Shown: positions 1-15,000 of the stretch, in pieces | How the letters are laid out: each line of letters opens with the position of its first letter | Numbering within the stretch: position 1 is the stretch's first letter | DNA from: Tubulanus polymorphus | Lineage: Eukaryota; Animalia; Nemertea | Length of the DNA: 64,000 nt | Assembly: GCF_964204645.1 (NCBI RefSeq) | Contig: NW_027437465.1 | Coordinates: 17,001 to 81,000 of the forward strand | Direction of reading: 5' to 3' | The notes under the pieces: model-generated | What the model was told of the DNA's origin: nothing | Databases searched by the model: none | The model's input: only the letters and a program-made list of their open reading frames with translations | Position numbers and translations under genes: made by a program

Positions 1-3000
1 GTCGTTCAGCGCGAGAAAAGCAGTTTTCTCATCAAATTCTCCCCGTATCGGAAAAACGAAAATGTCGATGCGCGAAAGCGCTCAAATCGACGGGAAAAGC
101 ACATTTCGACCCGAAAACGTCGTTCAGCGCGAGAAAAGCAGTCTTCTCATCAAATTCTCCCAGTATCGGAAAAATGAAAATGTCGATGCGCCAGAAAAGC
201 GCTCAAATCGACAGCAAAAGCACATTTCGACCCGTAAAACGTCGTTCAGCGCGAGAAAAAAATTTTTCTCATCAAATTCTCCCCGTATTGGAAAAACGAA
301 AATGTCGATGCGCGAAAGCGCTCAAATCGACGGGAAAAGCACATTTCGCCCCGAAAACGTCGTTCAGCGCGAGAAAAGACGTTTTCTCATCAAATTCTCA
401 CCATATCGGAAAAATGAAAATGTCGATGCGCCAAAAAAGCGCTCAAATCGACGGGAAAAGCACATTTCGACCCGAAAACGTCGTTCAGCGCGAGAAAAGC
501 AGTTTTCTCATCAAATTCTCCCCGTATCGGAAAAACGAAAATGTCGATGCGCGAAAGCGCTCAAATCGACGGGAAAAGCACATTTCGCCCCGAAAACGTC
601 GTTCAGCGCGAGAAAAGCAGTTTTCTCATCAAATTCTACCCGTATCGGAAAAACAAAAAATGTCGATGCGCGAAAGCGCTCAAATCGACGGGAAAAGCAC
701 TTTTCGACCCGAAAACGTCGTTCAGCGCGAGAAAAGCAGTTTTCTCATCAAATTCTCCCCGTATCGGAAAAACGAAAATGTCGATGCGCGAAAGCGCTCA
801 AATCGACGGGAAAAGCACATTTCGACCCGAAAACGTCGTTCAGCGCGAGAAAAGACTTTTTCTCATCAAATTCTCCCCGTATCGGAAAAACGAAAATGTC
901 GATGCGCGAAAGCGCTCAAATCGACGGGAAAAGCACATTTCGACCCGAAAACGTCGTTCAGCGCGAGAAAAGCAGTCTTCTCATCAAATTCTCCCAGTAT
1001 CGGAAAAATGAAAATGTCGATGCGCCAGAAAAGCACTCAAATCGACGGGAAAAGCACATTTCGACCCGTAAAACGTCGTTCAGCGCGAGAAAAAAATTTT
1101 TCTCATCAAATTCTCCCCGTATTGGAAAAACGAAAATGTCGATGCGCGAAAGCGCTCAAATCGACGGGAAAAGCACATTTCGACCCGAAAACGTCGTTCA
1201 GCGCGAGAAAAGACGTTTTCTCATCAAATTCTCACTTTATCGGAAAAATGAAAATGTCGATGCGCGAAAGCGCTCAAATCGACGGGAAAAGCACATTTCG
1301 CCCCGAAAACGTCGTTCAGCGCGAGAAAAGACCTTTTCTCATCAAATTCTACCCGTATCGGAAAAACGAAAATGTCGATGCGCGAAAGCGCTCAAATCGA
1401 CGGGAAAAGCACTTTTCGACCCGAAAACGTCGTTCAGCGCGAGAAAAGCAGTTTTCTCATCAAATTCTCCCCGTATCGGAAAAACGAAAATGTCGATGCG
1501 CGAAAGCGCTCAAATCGACGGGAAAAGCACATTTCGACCCGAAAACGTCGTTCAGCGCGAGAAAAGACTTTTTCTCATCAAATTCTCCCAGTATCGGAAA
1601 AAATGAAAATGTCGATGCGCCAGAAAAGCGCTCAAATCGACGGGAAAAGCACATTTCGACCCGTAAAACGTCGTTCAGCGCGAGAAAAAAATTTTTCTCA
1701 TCAAATTCTCCCCGTATTGGAAAAACGAAAATGTCGATGCGCGAAAGCGCTCAAATCGACGGGAAAAGCACATTTCGACCCGAAAACGTCGTTCAGCGCG
1801 AGAAAAGACGTTTTCTCATCAAATTCTCACTTTATCGGAAAAATGAAAATGTCGATGCGCGAAAGCGCTCAAATCGACGGGAAAAGCACATTTCGCCCCG
1901 AAAACGTCGTTCAGCGCGAGAAAAGACCTTTTCTCATCAAATTCTCTCCGTATCGGAAAAACGAAAATGTCGATGCGCGAAAGCGCTCAAATCGACGGGA
2001 AAAGCACTTTTCGACCCGAAAACGTCGTTCAGCGCGAGAAAAGCAGTTTTCTCATCAAATTCTCCCCGTATCGGAAAAACGAAAATGTCGATGCGCGAAA
2101 GCGCTCAAATCGACGGGAAAAGCACATTTCGACCCGAAAACGTCGTTCAGCGCGAGAAAAGCAGTCTTCTCATCAAATTCTCCCAGTATCGGAAAAATGA
2201 AAATGTCGATGCGCCAGAAAAGCGCTCAAATCGACAGCAAAAGCACATTTCGACCCGTAAAACGTCGTTCAGCGCGAGAAAAAAATTTTTCTCATCAAAT
2301 TCTCCCCGTATTGGAAAAACGAAAATGTCGATGCGCGAAAGCGCTCAAATCGACGGGAAAAGCACATTTCGCCCCGAAAACGTCGTTCAGCGCGAGAAAA
2401 GACGTTTTCTCATCAAATTCTCACCATATCGGAAAAATGAAAATGTCGATGCGCCAAAAAAGCGCTCAAATCGACGGGAAAAGCACTTTTCGACCCGAAA
2501 ACGTCGTTCAGCGCGAGAAAAGCAGTTTTCTCATCAAATTCTCCCCGTATCGGAAAAACGAAAATGTCGATGCGCGAAAGCGCTCAAATCGACGGGAAAA
2601 GCACATTTCGCCCCGAAAACGTCGTTCAGCGCGAGAAAAGCAGTTTTCTCATCAAATTCTACCCGTATCGGAAAAACAAAAAATGTCGATGCGCGAAAGC
2701 GCTCAAATCGACGGGAAAAGCACTTTTCGACCCGAAAACGTCGTTCAGCGCGAGAAAAGCAGTTTTCTCATCAAATTCTCCCCGTATCGGAAAAACGAAA
2801 ATGTCGATGCGCGAAAGCGCTCAAATCGACGGGAAAAGTACATTTCGACCCGAAAACGTCGTTCAGCGCGAGAAAAGACTTTTTCTCATCAAATTCTCCC
2901 CTTATCGGAAAAACGAAAATGTCGATGCGCAAAAGCGCTCAAATCGACGGGAAAAGCACATTTCGACCCGAAAACGTCGTTCAGCGCGAGAAAAGCAGTC

Positions 3001-6000
3001 TTCTCATCAAATTCTCCCAGTATCGGAAAAATGAAAATGTCGATGCGCCAGAAAAGCGCTCAAATCGACAGCAAAAGCACATTTCGACCCGTAAAACGTC
3101 GTTCAGCGCGAGAAAAAAATTTTTCTCATCAAATTCTCCCCGTATTGGAAAAACGAAAATGTCGATGCGCGAAAGCGCTCAAATCGACGGGAAAAGCACA
3201 TTTCGCCCCGAAAACGTCGTTCAGCGCGAGAAAAGACGTTTTCTCATCAAATTCTCACCATATCGGAAAAATGAAAATGTCGATGCGCCAAAAAAGCGCT
3301 CAAATCGACGGGAAAAGCACTTTTCGACCCGAAAACGTCGTTCAGCGCGAGAAAAGCAGTTTTCTCATCAAATTCTCCCCGTATCGGAAAAACGAAAATG
3401 TCGATGCGCGAAAGCGCTCAAATCGACGGGAAAAGCACATTTCGCCCCGAAAACGTCGTTCAGCGCGAGAAAAGCAGTTTTCTCATCAAATTCTACCCGT
3501 ATCGGAAAAACAAAAAATGTCGATGCGCGAAAGCGCTCAAATCGACGGGAAAAGCACTTTTCGACCCGAAAACGTCGTTCAGCGCGAGAAAAGCAGTTTT
3601 CTCATCAAATTCTCCCCGTATCGGAAAAACGAAAATGTCGATGCGCGAAAGCGCTCAAATCGACGGGAAAAGCACATTTCGACCCGAAAACCTCGTTCAG
3701 CGCGAGAAAAGACTTTTTCTCATCAAATTCTCCCCGTATCGGAAAAACGAAAATGTCGATGCGCGAAAGCGCTCAAATCGACGGGAAAAGCACATTTCGA
3801 CCCGAAAACGTCGTTCAGCGCGAGAAAAGCAGTCTTCTCATCAAATTCTCCCAGTATCGGAAAAATGAAAATGTCGATGCGCCAGAAAAGCGCTCAAATC
3901 GACGGGAAAAGCACATTTCGACCCGTAAAACGTCGTTCAGCGCGAGAAAAAAAATTTTCTCATCAAATTCTCCCCGTATCGGAAAAACGAAAATGTCGAT
4001 GCGCGAAAGCGCTCAAATCGACGGGAAAGGCACATTTCGACCCGAAAACGTCGTTCAGCGCGAGATAAGCAGTTTTCTCATCAAATTCTCCCCGTATCGG
4101 AAAAATGAAAATGTCGATGCGCCAAAAAGCGCCCAAATCGACGGGAAAAGCACATTTCGACCCGAAAACGTCGTTCAGCGCGAGAAAAGACTTTTTCTCA
4201 TCAAATTCTCCCCGTATCGGAAAAACGAAAATGTCGATGCGCGAAAGCGCTCAAATCGACGGGAAAAGCACATTTCGACCCGAAAACGTCGTTCAGCGCG
4301 AGAAAAGCAGTCTTCTCATCAAATTCTCCCAGTATCGGAAAAATGAAAATGTCGATGCGCCAGAAAAGCGCTCAAATCGACGGGAAAAGCACATTTCGAC
4401 CCGTAAAACGTCGTTCAGCGCGAGAAAAAAAATTTTCTCATCAAATTCTCCCCGTATCGGAAAAACGAAAATGTCGATGCGCGAAAGCGCTCAAATCGAC
4501 GGGAAAGGCACATTTCGACCCGAAAACGTCGTTCAGCGCGAGATAAGCAGTTTTCTCATCAAATTCTCCCCGTATCGGAAAAATGAAAATGTCGATGCGC
4601 CAAAAAGCGCCCAAATCGACGGGAAAAGCACATTTCGACCCGAAAACGTCGTTCAGCGCGAGAAAAGACGTTTTCTCATCAAATTCTCCCAGTATCGGAA
4701 AAATGAAAATGTCTTTGCGCCAGAAAAGCGCTCAAATCGACGGGAAAAGCACATTTCGACCCGAAAACGTCGTTCAGCGCGAGAAAAGACGTTTGCTCAT
4801 CAAATTCTCCCCGTATCGGAAAAACGAAAATGTCGATGCGCGAAAGCGCTCAAATCGTCGGGAAAAGCACATTTCGACCCGAAAACGTCGTTCAGCGCGA
4901 GAAAAGACTTTTTCTCATCAAATTCTACCCGTATCGGAAAAACGAAAATGTCGATGCGCGAAAGCGCTCAAATCGACGGGAAAAGCACATTTCGACCCGT
5001 AAAACGTCGTTCAGCGCGAGAAAAGACGTTTTCTCATCAAATTCTCACTTTATCGGAAAAATGAAAATGTCGATGCGCGAAAGCGCTCAAATCGACGGGA
5101 AAAGCACATTTCGCCCCGAAAACGTCGTTCAGCGCGAGAAAAGACCTTTTCTCATCAAATTCTCCCCGTATCGGAAAAACGAAAATGTCGATGCGCGAAA
5201 GCGCTCAAATCGACGGGAAAAGCACTTTTCGACCCGAAAACGTCGTTCAGCGCGAGAAAAGCAGTTTTCTCATCAAATTCTCCCCGTATCGGAAAAACGA
5301 AAATGTCGATGCGCGAAAGCGCTCAAATCGACGGGAAAAGCACATTTCGACCCGAAAACGTCGTTCAGCGCGAGAAAAGCAGTCTTCTCATCAAATTCTC
5401 CCAGTATCGGAAAAATGAAAATGTCGATGCGCCAGAAAAGCGCTCAAATCGACAGCAAAAGCACATTTCGACCCGTAAAACGTCGTTCAGCGCGAGAAAA
5501 GACGTTTTCTCATCAAATTCTCACTTTATCGGAAAAATGAAAATGTCGATGCGCGAAAGCGCTCAAATCGACGGGAAAAGCACATTTCGCCCCGAAAACG
5601 TCGTTCAGCGCGAGAAAAGACCTTTTCTCATCAAATTCTCCCCGTATCGGAAAAACGAAAATGTCGATGCGCGAAAGCGCTCAAATCGACGGGAAAAGCA
5701 CTTTTCGACCCGAAAACGTCGTTCAGCGCGAGAAAAGCAGTTTTCTCATCAAATTCTCCCCGTATCGGAAAAACGAAAATGTCGATGCGCGAAAGCGCTC
5801 AAATCGACGGGAAAAGCACATTTCGACCCGAAAACGTCGTTCAGCGCGAGAAAAGTCGTTTGCTCATCAAATTCTCCCCGTATCGGAAAAACGAAAATGT
5901 CGATGCGCGAAAGCGCTCAAATCGACGGGAAAAGCACATTTCGACCCGAAAACGTCGTTCAGCGCGAGAAAAGACTTTTTCTCATCAAATTCTCCCCGTA

Positions 6001-9000
6001 TCGGAAAAACGAAAATGTCGATGCGCGAAAGCGCTCAAATCGACGGGAAAAGCACATTTCCACCCGAAAACGTCGTTCAGCGCGAGAAAAGCAGTCTTCT
6101 CATCAAATTCTCCCAGTATCGGAAAAATGAAAATGTCGATGCGCCAGAAAAGCGCTCAAATCGACGGGAAAAGCACATTTCGCCCCGAAAACGTCGTTCA
6201 GCGCGAGAAAAGACGTTTTCTCATCAAATTCTCCCAGTATCGGAAAAATGAAAATGTCGATGCACCAGAAAAGCGCTCAAATCGACGGGAAAAGCACATT
6301 TCGACCCGAAAACGTCGTTTAGCGCGAGAAAATTCGTTTGCTCATCAAATTCTCCCCGTATCGGAAAAACGAAAATGTCGATGCGCGAAAGCGCTCAAAT
6401 CGACGGGAAAAGCACATTTCGACCCGAAAACGTCGTTCAGCGCGAGAAAAGACGTTTTCTCATCAAATTCTCCCCGTATCCGAAAAATGAAAATGTCGAT
6501 GCGCGAAAGCGCTCAAATCGACGGGAGAAGGACATTTCGACCCGAAAACGTTGTTCAGCGCGAGAAAAGACGTATTCTCATCAAATTCTCCCCGTAGCAG
6601 AAAAACGAAAATGTTAATGCGCCAGAAAAGCGCTCAAATCGACGGGAAAAGCACATTTCGACCCGAAAACGTCGTTCAGCGCGAGAAAAGACGTTTTCTC
6701 ATCAAATTCTCACTTTATCGGAAAAATGAAAATGTCGATGCGCGAAAGCGCTCAAATCGACGGGAAAAGCACATTTCGCCCCGAAAACGTCGTTCAGCGC
6801 GAGAAAAGACGTTTTCTCATCAAATTCTCACCATATCGGAAAAATGAAAATGTCGATGCGCCAAAAAAGCGCTCAAATCGACGGGAAAAGCACTTTTCGA
6901 CCCGAAAACGTCGTTCAGCGCGAGAAAAGCAGTTTTCTCATCAAATTCTCCCCGTATCGGAAAAACGAAAATGTCGATGCGCGAAAGCGCTCAAATCGAC
7001 GGGAAAAGCACATTTCGACCCGAAAACGTCGTTTAGCGCGAGAAAAGACTTTTTCTCATCAAATTCTCCCCGTATCGGAAAAACGAAAATGTCGATGCGC
7101 GAAAGCGCTCAAATCGACGGGAAAAGCACATTTCGACCCGAAAACGTCGTTCAGCGCGAGAAAAGCAGTCTTCTCATCAAATTCTCCCAGTATCGGAAAA
7201 ATGAAAATGTCGATGCGCCAGAAAAGCGCTCAAATCGACGGGAAAAGCACATTTCGACCCGTAAAACGTCGTTCAGCGCGAGAAAAAAATTTTTCTCATC
7301 AAATTCTCCCCGTATTGGAAAAACGAAAATGTCGATGCGCGAAAGCGCTCAAATCGACGGGAAAAGCACATTTCGACCCGAAAACGTCGTTCAGCGCGAG
7401 AAAAGACGTTTTCTCATCAAATTCTCACTTTATCGGAAAAATGAAAATGTCGATGCGCGAAAGCGCTCAAATCGACGGGAAAAGCACATTTCGCCCCGAA
7501 AACGTCGTTCAGCGCGAGAAAAGACCTTTTCTCATCAAATTCTACCCGTATCGGAAAAACGAAAATGTCGATGCGCGAAAGCGCTCAAATCGACGGGAAA
7601 AGCACTTTTCGACCCGAAAACGTCGTTCAGCGCGAGAAAAGCAGTTTTCTCATCAAATTCTCCCCGTATCGGAAAAACGAAAATGTCGATGCGCGAAAGC
7701 GCTCAAATCGACGGGAAAAGCACATTTCGACCCGAAAACGTCGTTCAGCGCGAGAAAAGCAGTCTTCTCATCAAATTCTCCCAGTATCGGAAAAATGAAA
7801 ATGTCGATGCGCCAGAAAAGCGCTCAAATCGACAGCAAAAGCACATTTCGACCCGTAAAACGTCGTTCAGCGCGAGAAAAAAATTTTTCTCATCAAATTC
7901 TCCCCGTATTGGAAAAACGAAAATGTCGATGCGCGAAAGCGCTCAAATCGACGGGAAAAGCACATTTCGACCCGAAAACGTCGTTCAGCGCGAGAAAAGC
8001 AGTTTTCGCATCAAATTCTCCCCGTATCGGAAAAACGAAAATGTCGATGCGCGAAAGCGCTCAAATCGACGGGAAAAGCACATTTCGACCCGAAAACGTC
8101 GTTCAGCGCGAGAAAAGACTTTTTCTCATCAAATTCTCCCCGTATCGGAAAAACGAAAATGTCGATGCGCGAAAGCGCTCAAATCGACGGGAAAAGCACA
8201 TTTCGACCCGAAAACGTCGTTCAGCGCGAGAAAAGCAGTCTTCTCATCAAATTCTCCCAGTATCGGAAAAATGAAAATGTCGATGCGCCAGAAAAGCGCT
8301 CAAATCAACGGGAAAAGCACATTTCGACCCGTAAAACGTCATTCAGCGCGAGAAAAAAATTTTTCTCATCAAATTCTCCCCGTATTGGAAAAACGAAAAT
8401 GTCGATGCGCGAAAGCGCTCAAATCGACGGGAAAAGCACATTTCGACCCGAAAACGTCGTTCAGCGCGAGAAAAGACGTTTTCTCATCAAATTCTCACTT
8501 TATCGGAAAAATGAAAATGTCGATGCGCGAAAGCGCTCAAATCGACGGGAAAAGCACATTTCGCCCCGAAAACGTCGTTCAGCGCGAGAAAAGACCTTTT
8601 CTCATCAAATTCTACCCGTATCGGAAAAACAAAAAATGTCGATGCGCGAAAGCGCTCAAATCGACGGGAAAAGCACTTTTCGACCCGAAAACGTCGTTCA
8701 GCGCGAGAAAAGCAGTTTTCTCATCAAATTCTCCCCGTATCGGAAAAACGAAAATGTCGATGCGCGAAAGCGCTCAAATCGACGGGAAAAGCACATTTCG
8801 ACCCGAAAACGTCGTCCAGCGCGAGAAAAGACTTTTTCTCATCAAATTCTCCCCGTATCGGAAAAACGAAAATGTCGATGCGCGAAAGCGCTCAAATCGA
8901 CGGGAAAAGCACATTTCGACCCGAAAACGTCGTTCAGCGCGAGAAAAGCAGTCTTCTCATCAAATTCTCCCAGTATCGGAAAAATGAAAATGTCGATGCG

Positions 9001-12000
9001 CCAGAAAAGCACTCAAATCGACGGGAAAAGCACATTTCGACCCGTAAAACGTCGTTCAGCGCGAGAAAAAAATTTTTCTCATCAAATTCTCCCCGTATTG
9101 GAAAAACGAAAATGTCGATGCGCGAAAGCGCTCAAATCGACGGGAAAAGCACATTTCGCCCCGAAAACGTCGTTCAGCGCGAGAAAAGACGTTTTCTCAT
9201 CAAATTCTCACCATATCGGAAAAATGAAAATGTCGATGCGCCAAAAAAGCGCTCAAATCGACGGGAAAAGCACATTTCGACCCGAAAACGTCGTTCAGCA
9301 CGAGAAAAGACGTTTTCTCATCAAATTCTCACTTTATCGGAAAAATGAAAATGTCGATGCGCGAAAGCGCTCAAATCGACGGGAAAAGCACATTTCGCCC
9401 CGAAAACGTCGTTCAGCGCGAGAAAAGACCTTTTCTCATCAAATTCTACCCGTATCGGAAAAACGAAAATGTCGATGCGCGAAAGCGCTCAAATCGACGG
9501 GAAAAGCACTTTTCGACCCGAAAACGTCGTTCAGCGCGAGAAAAGCAGTTTTCTCATCAAATTCTCCCCGTATCGGAAAAACGAAAATGTCGATGCGCGA
9601 AAGCGCTCAAATCGACGGGAAAAGCACATTTCGACCCGAAAACGTCGTTCAGCGCGAGAAAAGACTTTTTCTCATCAAATTCTCCCCGTATCGGAAAAAC
9701 GAAAATTTCGATGCGCGAAAGCGCTCAAATCGACGGGAAAAGCACATTTCGACCCGAAAACGTCGTTCAGCGCGAGAAAAGCAGTCTTCTCATCAAATTC
9801 TCCCAGTATCGGAAAAAATGAAAATGTCGATGCGCCAGAAAAGCGCTCAAATCGACGGGACAAGCACATTTCGACCCGTAAAACGTCGTTCAGCGCGAGA
9901 AAAAAATTTTTCTCATCAAATTCTCCCCGTATTGGAAAAACGAAAATGTCGATGCGCGAAAGCGCTCAAATCGACGGGAAAAGCACATTTCGACCCGAAA
10001 ACGTCGTTCAGTGCGAGAAAAGACGTTTTCTCATCAAATTCTCACTTTATCGGAAAAATGAAAATGTCGATGCGCGAAAGCGCTCAAATCGACGGGAAAA
10101 GCACATTTCGCCCCGAAAACGTCGTTCAGCGCGAGAAAAGACCTTTTCTCATCAAATTCTCCCCGTATCGGAAAAACGAAAATGTCGATGCGCGAAAGCG
10201 CTCAAATCGACGGGAAAAGCACTTTTCGACCCGAAAACGTCGTTCAGCGCGAGAAAAGCAGTTTTCTCATCAAATTCTCCCCGTATCGGAAAAACGAAAA
10301 TGTCGATGCGCGAAAGCGCTCAAATCGACGGGAAAAGCACATTTCGACCCGAAAACGTCGTTCAGCGCGAGAAAAGCAGTCTTCTCATCAAATTCTCCCA
10401 GTATCGGAAAAATGAAAATGTCGATGCGCCAGAAAAGCGCTCAAATCGACAGCAAAAGCACATTTCGACCCGTAAAACGTCGTTCAGCGCGAGAAAAAAA
10501 TTTTTCTCATCAAATTCTCCCCGTATTGGAAAAACGAAAATGTCGATGCGCGAAAGCGCTCAAATCGACGGGAAAAGCACATTTCGACCCGAAAACGTCG
10601 TTCAGCGCGAGAAAAGACGTTTTCTCATCAAATTCTCACTTTATCGGAAAAATGAAAATGTCGATGCGCGAAAGCGCTCAAATCGACGGGAAAAGCACAT
10701 TTCGCCCCGAAAACGTCGTTCAGCGCGAGAAAAGACCTTTTCTCATCAAATTCTCCCCGTATCGGAAAAACGAAAATGTCGATGCGCGAAAGCGCTCAAA
10801 TCGACGGGAAAAGCACTTTTCGACCCGAAAACGTCGTTCAGCGCGAGAAAAGCAGTTTTCTCATCAAATTCTCCCCGTATCGGAAAAACGAAAATGTCGA
10901 TGCGCGAAAGCGCTCAAATCGACGGGAAAAGCACATTTCGACCCGAAAACGTCGTTCAGCGCGAGAAAAGACTTTTTCTCATCAAATTCTCCCCGTATCG
11001 GAAAAACGAAAATGTCGATGCGCAAAAGCGCTCAAATCGACGGGAAAAGCACATTTCGACCCGAAAACGTCGTTCAGCGCGAGATAAGCAGTTTTCTCAT
11101 CAAATTCTCCCCGTATCGGAAAAATGAAAATGTCGATGCGCCAAAAAAGCGCCCAAATCGACGGGAAAAGCACATTTCGACCCGAAAACGTCGTTCAGCG
11201 CGAGAAAAGACGTTTTCTCATCAAATTCTCCCAGTATCGGAAAAATGAAAATGTCTTTGCGCCAGAAAAGTGCTCAAATCGACGGGAAAAGCACATTTCG
11301 GCCCGAAAACGTCGTTCAGCGCGAGAAAAGACGTTTGCTCATCAAATTCTCCCCGTATCGGAAAAACGAAAATGTCGATGCGCGAAAGCGCTCAAATCGA
11401 CGGGAAAAGCACATTTCGACCCGAAAACGTCGTTCAGCGCGAGAAAAGACTTTTTCTCATCAAATTCTCCCCGTATCGGAAAAACGAAAATGTCGATGCG
11501 CGAAAGCGCTCAAATCGACGGGAAAAGCACATTTCGACCCGAAAACGTCGTTCAGCGCGAGAAAAGCAGTCTTCTCATCAAATTCTCCCAGTATCGGAAA
11601 AATGAAAATGTCGATGCGCCAGAAAAGCGCTCAAATCGACAGCAAAAGCACATTTCGACCCGTAAAACGTCGTTCAGCGCGAGAAAAGACGTTTTCTCAT
11701 CAAATTCTCACCATATCGGAAAAATGAAAATGTCGATGCGCCGAAAAAGCGCTCAAATCGACGGGAAAAGCACTTTTCGACCCGAAAACGTCGTTCAGCG
11801 CGAGAAAAGCAGTCTTCTCATCAAATTCTCACAGTATCGGAAAAATGAAAATGTCGATGCGCCAGAAAAGCGCTCAAATCGACAGCAAAAGCACATTTCG
11901 ACCCGTAAAACGTCGTTCAGCGCGAGAAAAAAATTTTTCTCATCAAATTCTCACCGTATCCGAAAAATGAAAATGTCGATGCGCGAAAGCGCTCAAATCG

Positions 12001-15000
12001 ACGGGAGAAGCACATTTCGACCCGAAAACGTCGTTCAGCGCGAGAAAAGACGTTTTCTCATCAAATTCTCACCATATCGGAAAAATGAAAATGTCGATGC
12101 GCCAAAAAAGCGCTCAAATCGACGGGAAAAGCACTTTTCGACCCGAAAACGTCGTTCAGCGCGAGAAAAGCAGTTTTCTCATCAAATTCTCCCCGTATCG
12201 GAAAAACGAAAATGTCGATGCGCGAAAGCGCTCAAATCGACGGGAAAAGCACATTTCGACCCGAAAACGTCGTTCAGCGCGAGAAAAGACTTTTTCTCAT
12301 CAAATTCTCCCCGTATCGGAAAAACGAAAATGTCGATGCGCGAAAGCGCTCAAATCGACGGGAAAAGCACATTTCGACCCGAAAACGTCGTTCAGCGCGA
12401 GAAAAGCAGTCTTCTCATCAAATTCTCCCAGTATCGGAAAAATGAAAATGTCGATGCGCCAGAAAAGCGCTCAAATCGACGGGAAAAGCACATTTCGACC
12501 CGTAAAACGTCGTTCAGCGCGAGAAAAAAATTTTTCTCATCAAATTCTCCCCGTATTGGAAAAACGAAAATGTCGATGCGCGAAAGCGCTCAAATCGACG
12601 GGAAAAGCACATTTCGACCCGAAAACGTCGTTCAGCGCGAGAAAAGACGTTTTCTCATCAAATTCTCACTTTATCGGAAAAATGAAAATGTCGATGCGCG
12701 AAAGCGCTCAAATCGACGGGAAAAGCACATTTCGCCCCGAAAACGTCGTTCAGCGCGAGAAAAGACCTTTTCTCATCAAATTCTACCCGTATCGGAAAAA
12801 CGAAAATGTCGATGCGCGAAAGCGCTCAAATCGACGGGAAAAGCACTTTTCGACCCGAAAACGTCGTTCAGCGCGAGAAAAGCAGTTTTCTCATCAAATT
12901 CTCCCCGTATCGGAAAAACGAAAATGTCGATGCGCGAAAGCGCTCAAATCGACGGGAAAAGCACATTTCGACCCGAAAACGTCGTTCAGCGCGAGAAAAG
13001 ACTTTTTCTCATCAAATTCTCCCCGTATCGGAAAAACGAAAATTTCGATGCGCGAAAGCGCTCAAATCGACGGGAAAAGCACATTTCGACCCGAAAACGT
13101 CGTTCAGCGCGAGAAAAGCAGTCTTCTCATCAAATTCTCCCAGTATCGGAAAAAATGAAAATGTCGATGCGCCAGAAAAGCGCTCAAATCGACGGGACAA
13201 GCACATTTCGACCCGTAAAACGTCGTTCAGCGCGAGAAAAAAATTTTTCTCATCAAATTCTCCCCGTATTGGAAAAACGAAAATGTCGATGCGCGAAAGC
13301 GCTCAAATCGACGGGAAAAGCACATTTCGACCCGAAAACGTCGTTCAGTGCGAGAAAAGACGTTTTCTCATCAAATTCTCACTTTATCGGAAAAATGAAA
13401 ATGTCGATGCGCGAAAGCGCTCAAATCGACGGGAAAAGCACATTTCGCCCCGAAAACGTCGTTCAGCGCGAGAAAAGACCTTTTCTCATCAAATTCTCCC
13501 CGTATCGGAAAAACGAAAATGTCGATGCGCGAAAGCGCTCAAATCGACGGGAAAGGCACTTTTCGACCCGAAAACGTCGTTCAGCGCGAGAAAAGCAGTT
13601 TTCTCATCAAATTCTCCCCGTATCGGAAAAACGAAAATGTCGATGCGCGAAAGCGCTCAAATCGACGGGAAAAGCACATTTCGACCCGAAAACGTTGTTC
13701 AGCGCGAGAAAAGCAGTCTTCTCATCAAATTCTCCCAGTATCGGAAAAATGAAAATGTCGATGCGCCAGAAAAGCGCTCAAATCGACAGCAAAAGCACAT
13801 TTCGACCCGTAAAACGTCGTTCAGCGCGAGAAAAAAATTTTTCTCATCAAATTCTCCCCGTATTGGAAAAACGAAAATGTCGATGCGCGAAAGCGCTCAA
13901 ATCGACGGGAAAAGCACATTTCGACCCGAAAACGTCGTTCAGCGCGAGAAAAGACGTTTTCTCATCAAATTCTCACTTTATCGGAAAAATGAAAATGTCG
14001 ATGCGCGAAAGCGCTCAAATCGACGGGAAAAGCACATTTCGCCCCGAAAACGTCGTTCAGCGCGAGAAAAGACGTTTTCTCATCAAATTCTCACCATATC
14101 GGAAAAATGAAAATGTCGATGCGCCAAAAAAGCGCTCAAATCGACGGGAAAAGCACTTTTCGACCCGAAAACGTCGTTCAGCGCGAGAAAAGCAGTTTTC
14201 TCATCAAATTCTCCCCGTATCGGAAAAACGAAAATGTCGATGCGCGAAAGCGCTCAAATCGACGGGAAAAGCACATTTCGACCCGAAAACGTCGTTCAGC
14301 GCGAGAAAAGACTTTTTCTCATCAAATTCTCCCCGTATCGGAAAAACGAAAATGTCGATGCGCGAAAGCGCTCAAATCGACGGGAAAAGCACATTTCGAC
14401 CCGAAAACGTCGTTCAGCGCGAGAAAAGCTGTCTTCTCATCAAATTCTCCCAGTATCGGAAAAATGAAAATGTCGATGCGCCAGAAAAGCGCTCAAATCG
14501 ACGGGAAAAGCACATTTCGACCCGTAAAACGTCGTTCAGCGCGAGAAAAAAATTTTTCTCATCAAATTCTCCCCGTATTGGAAAAACGAAAATGTCGATG
14601 CGCGAAAGCGCTCAAATCGACGGGAAAAGCACATTTCGACCCGAAAACGTCGTTCAGCGCGAGAAAAGCAGTTTTCTCATCAAATTCTCCCCGTATCGGA
14701 AAAACGAAAATGTCGATGCGCGAAAGCGCTCAAATCGACGGGAAAAGCACATTTCGACCCGAAAACGTCGTTCAGCGCGAGAAAAGACGTTTTCTCATCA
14801 AATTCTCACTTTATCGGAAAAATGAAAATGTCGATGCGCGAAAGCGCTCAAATCGACGGGAAAAGCACATTTCGCCCCGAAAACGTCGTTCAGCGCGAGA
14901 AAAGACCTTTTCTCATCAAATTCTACCCGTATCGGAAAAACGAAAATGTCGATGCGCGAAAGCGCTCAAATCGACGGGAAAAGCACTTTTCGACCCGAAA

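Noticed and set aside
41-60. CENP-B box in the satellite (minus strand TTCG...ATACGGG)
   Set aside because: The spacing is TTCG-N8-A-NN-CGGG, not the canonical TTCG-N4-A-NN-CGGG.
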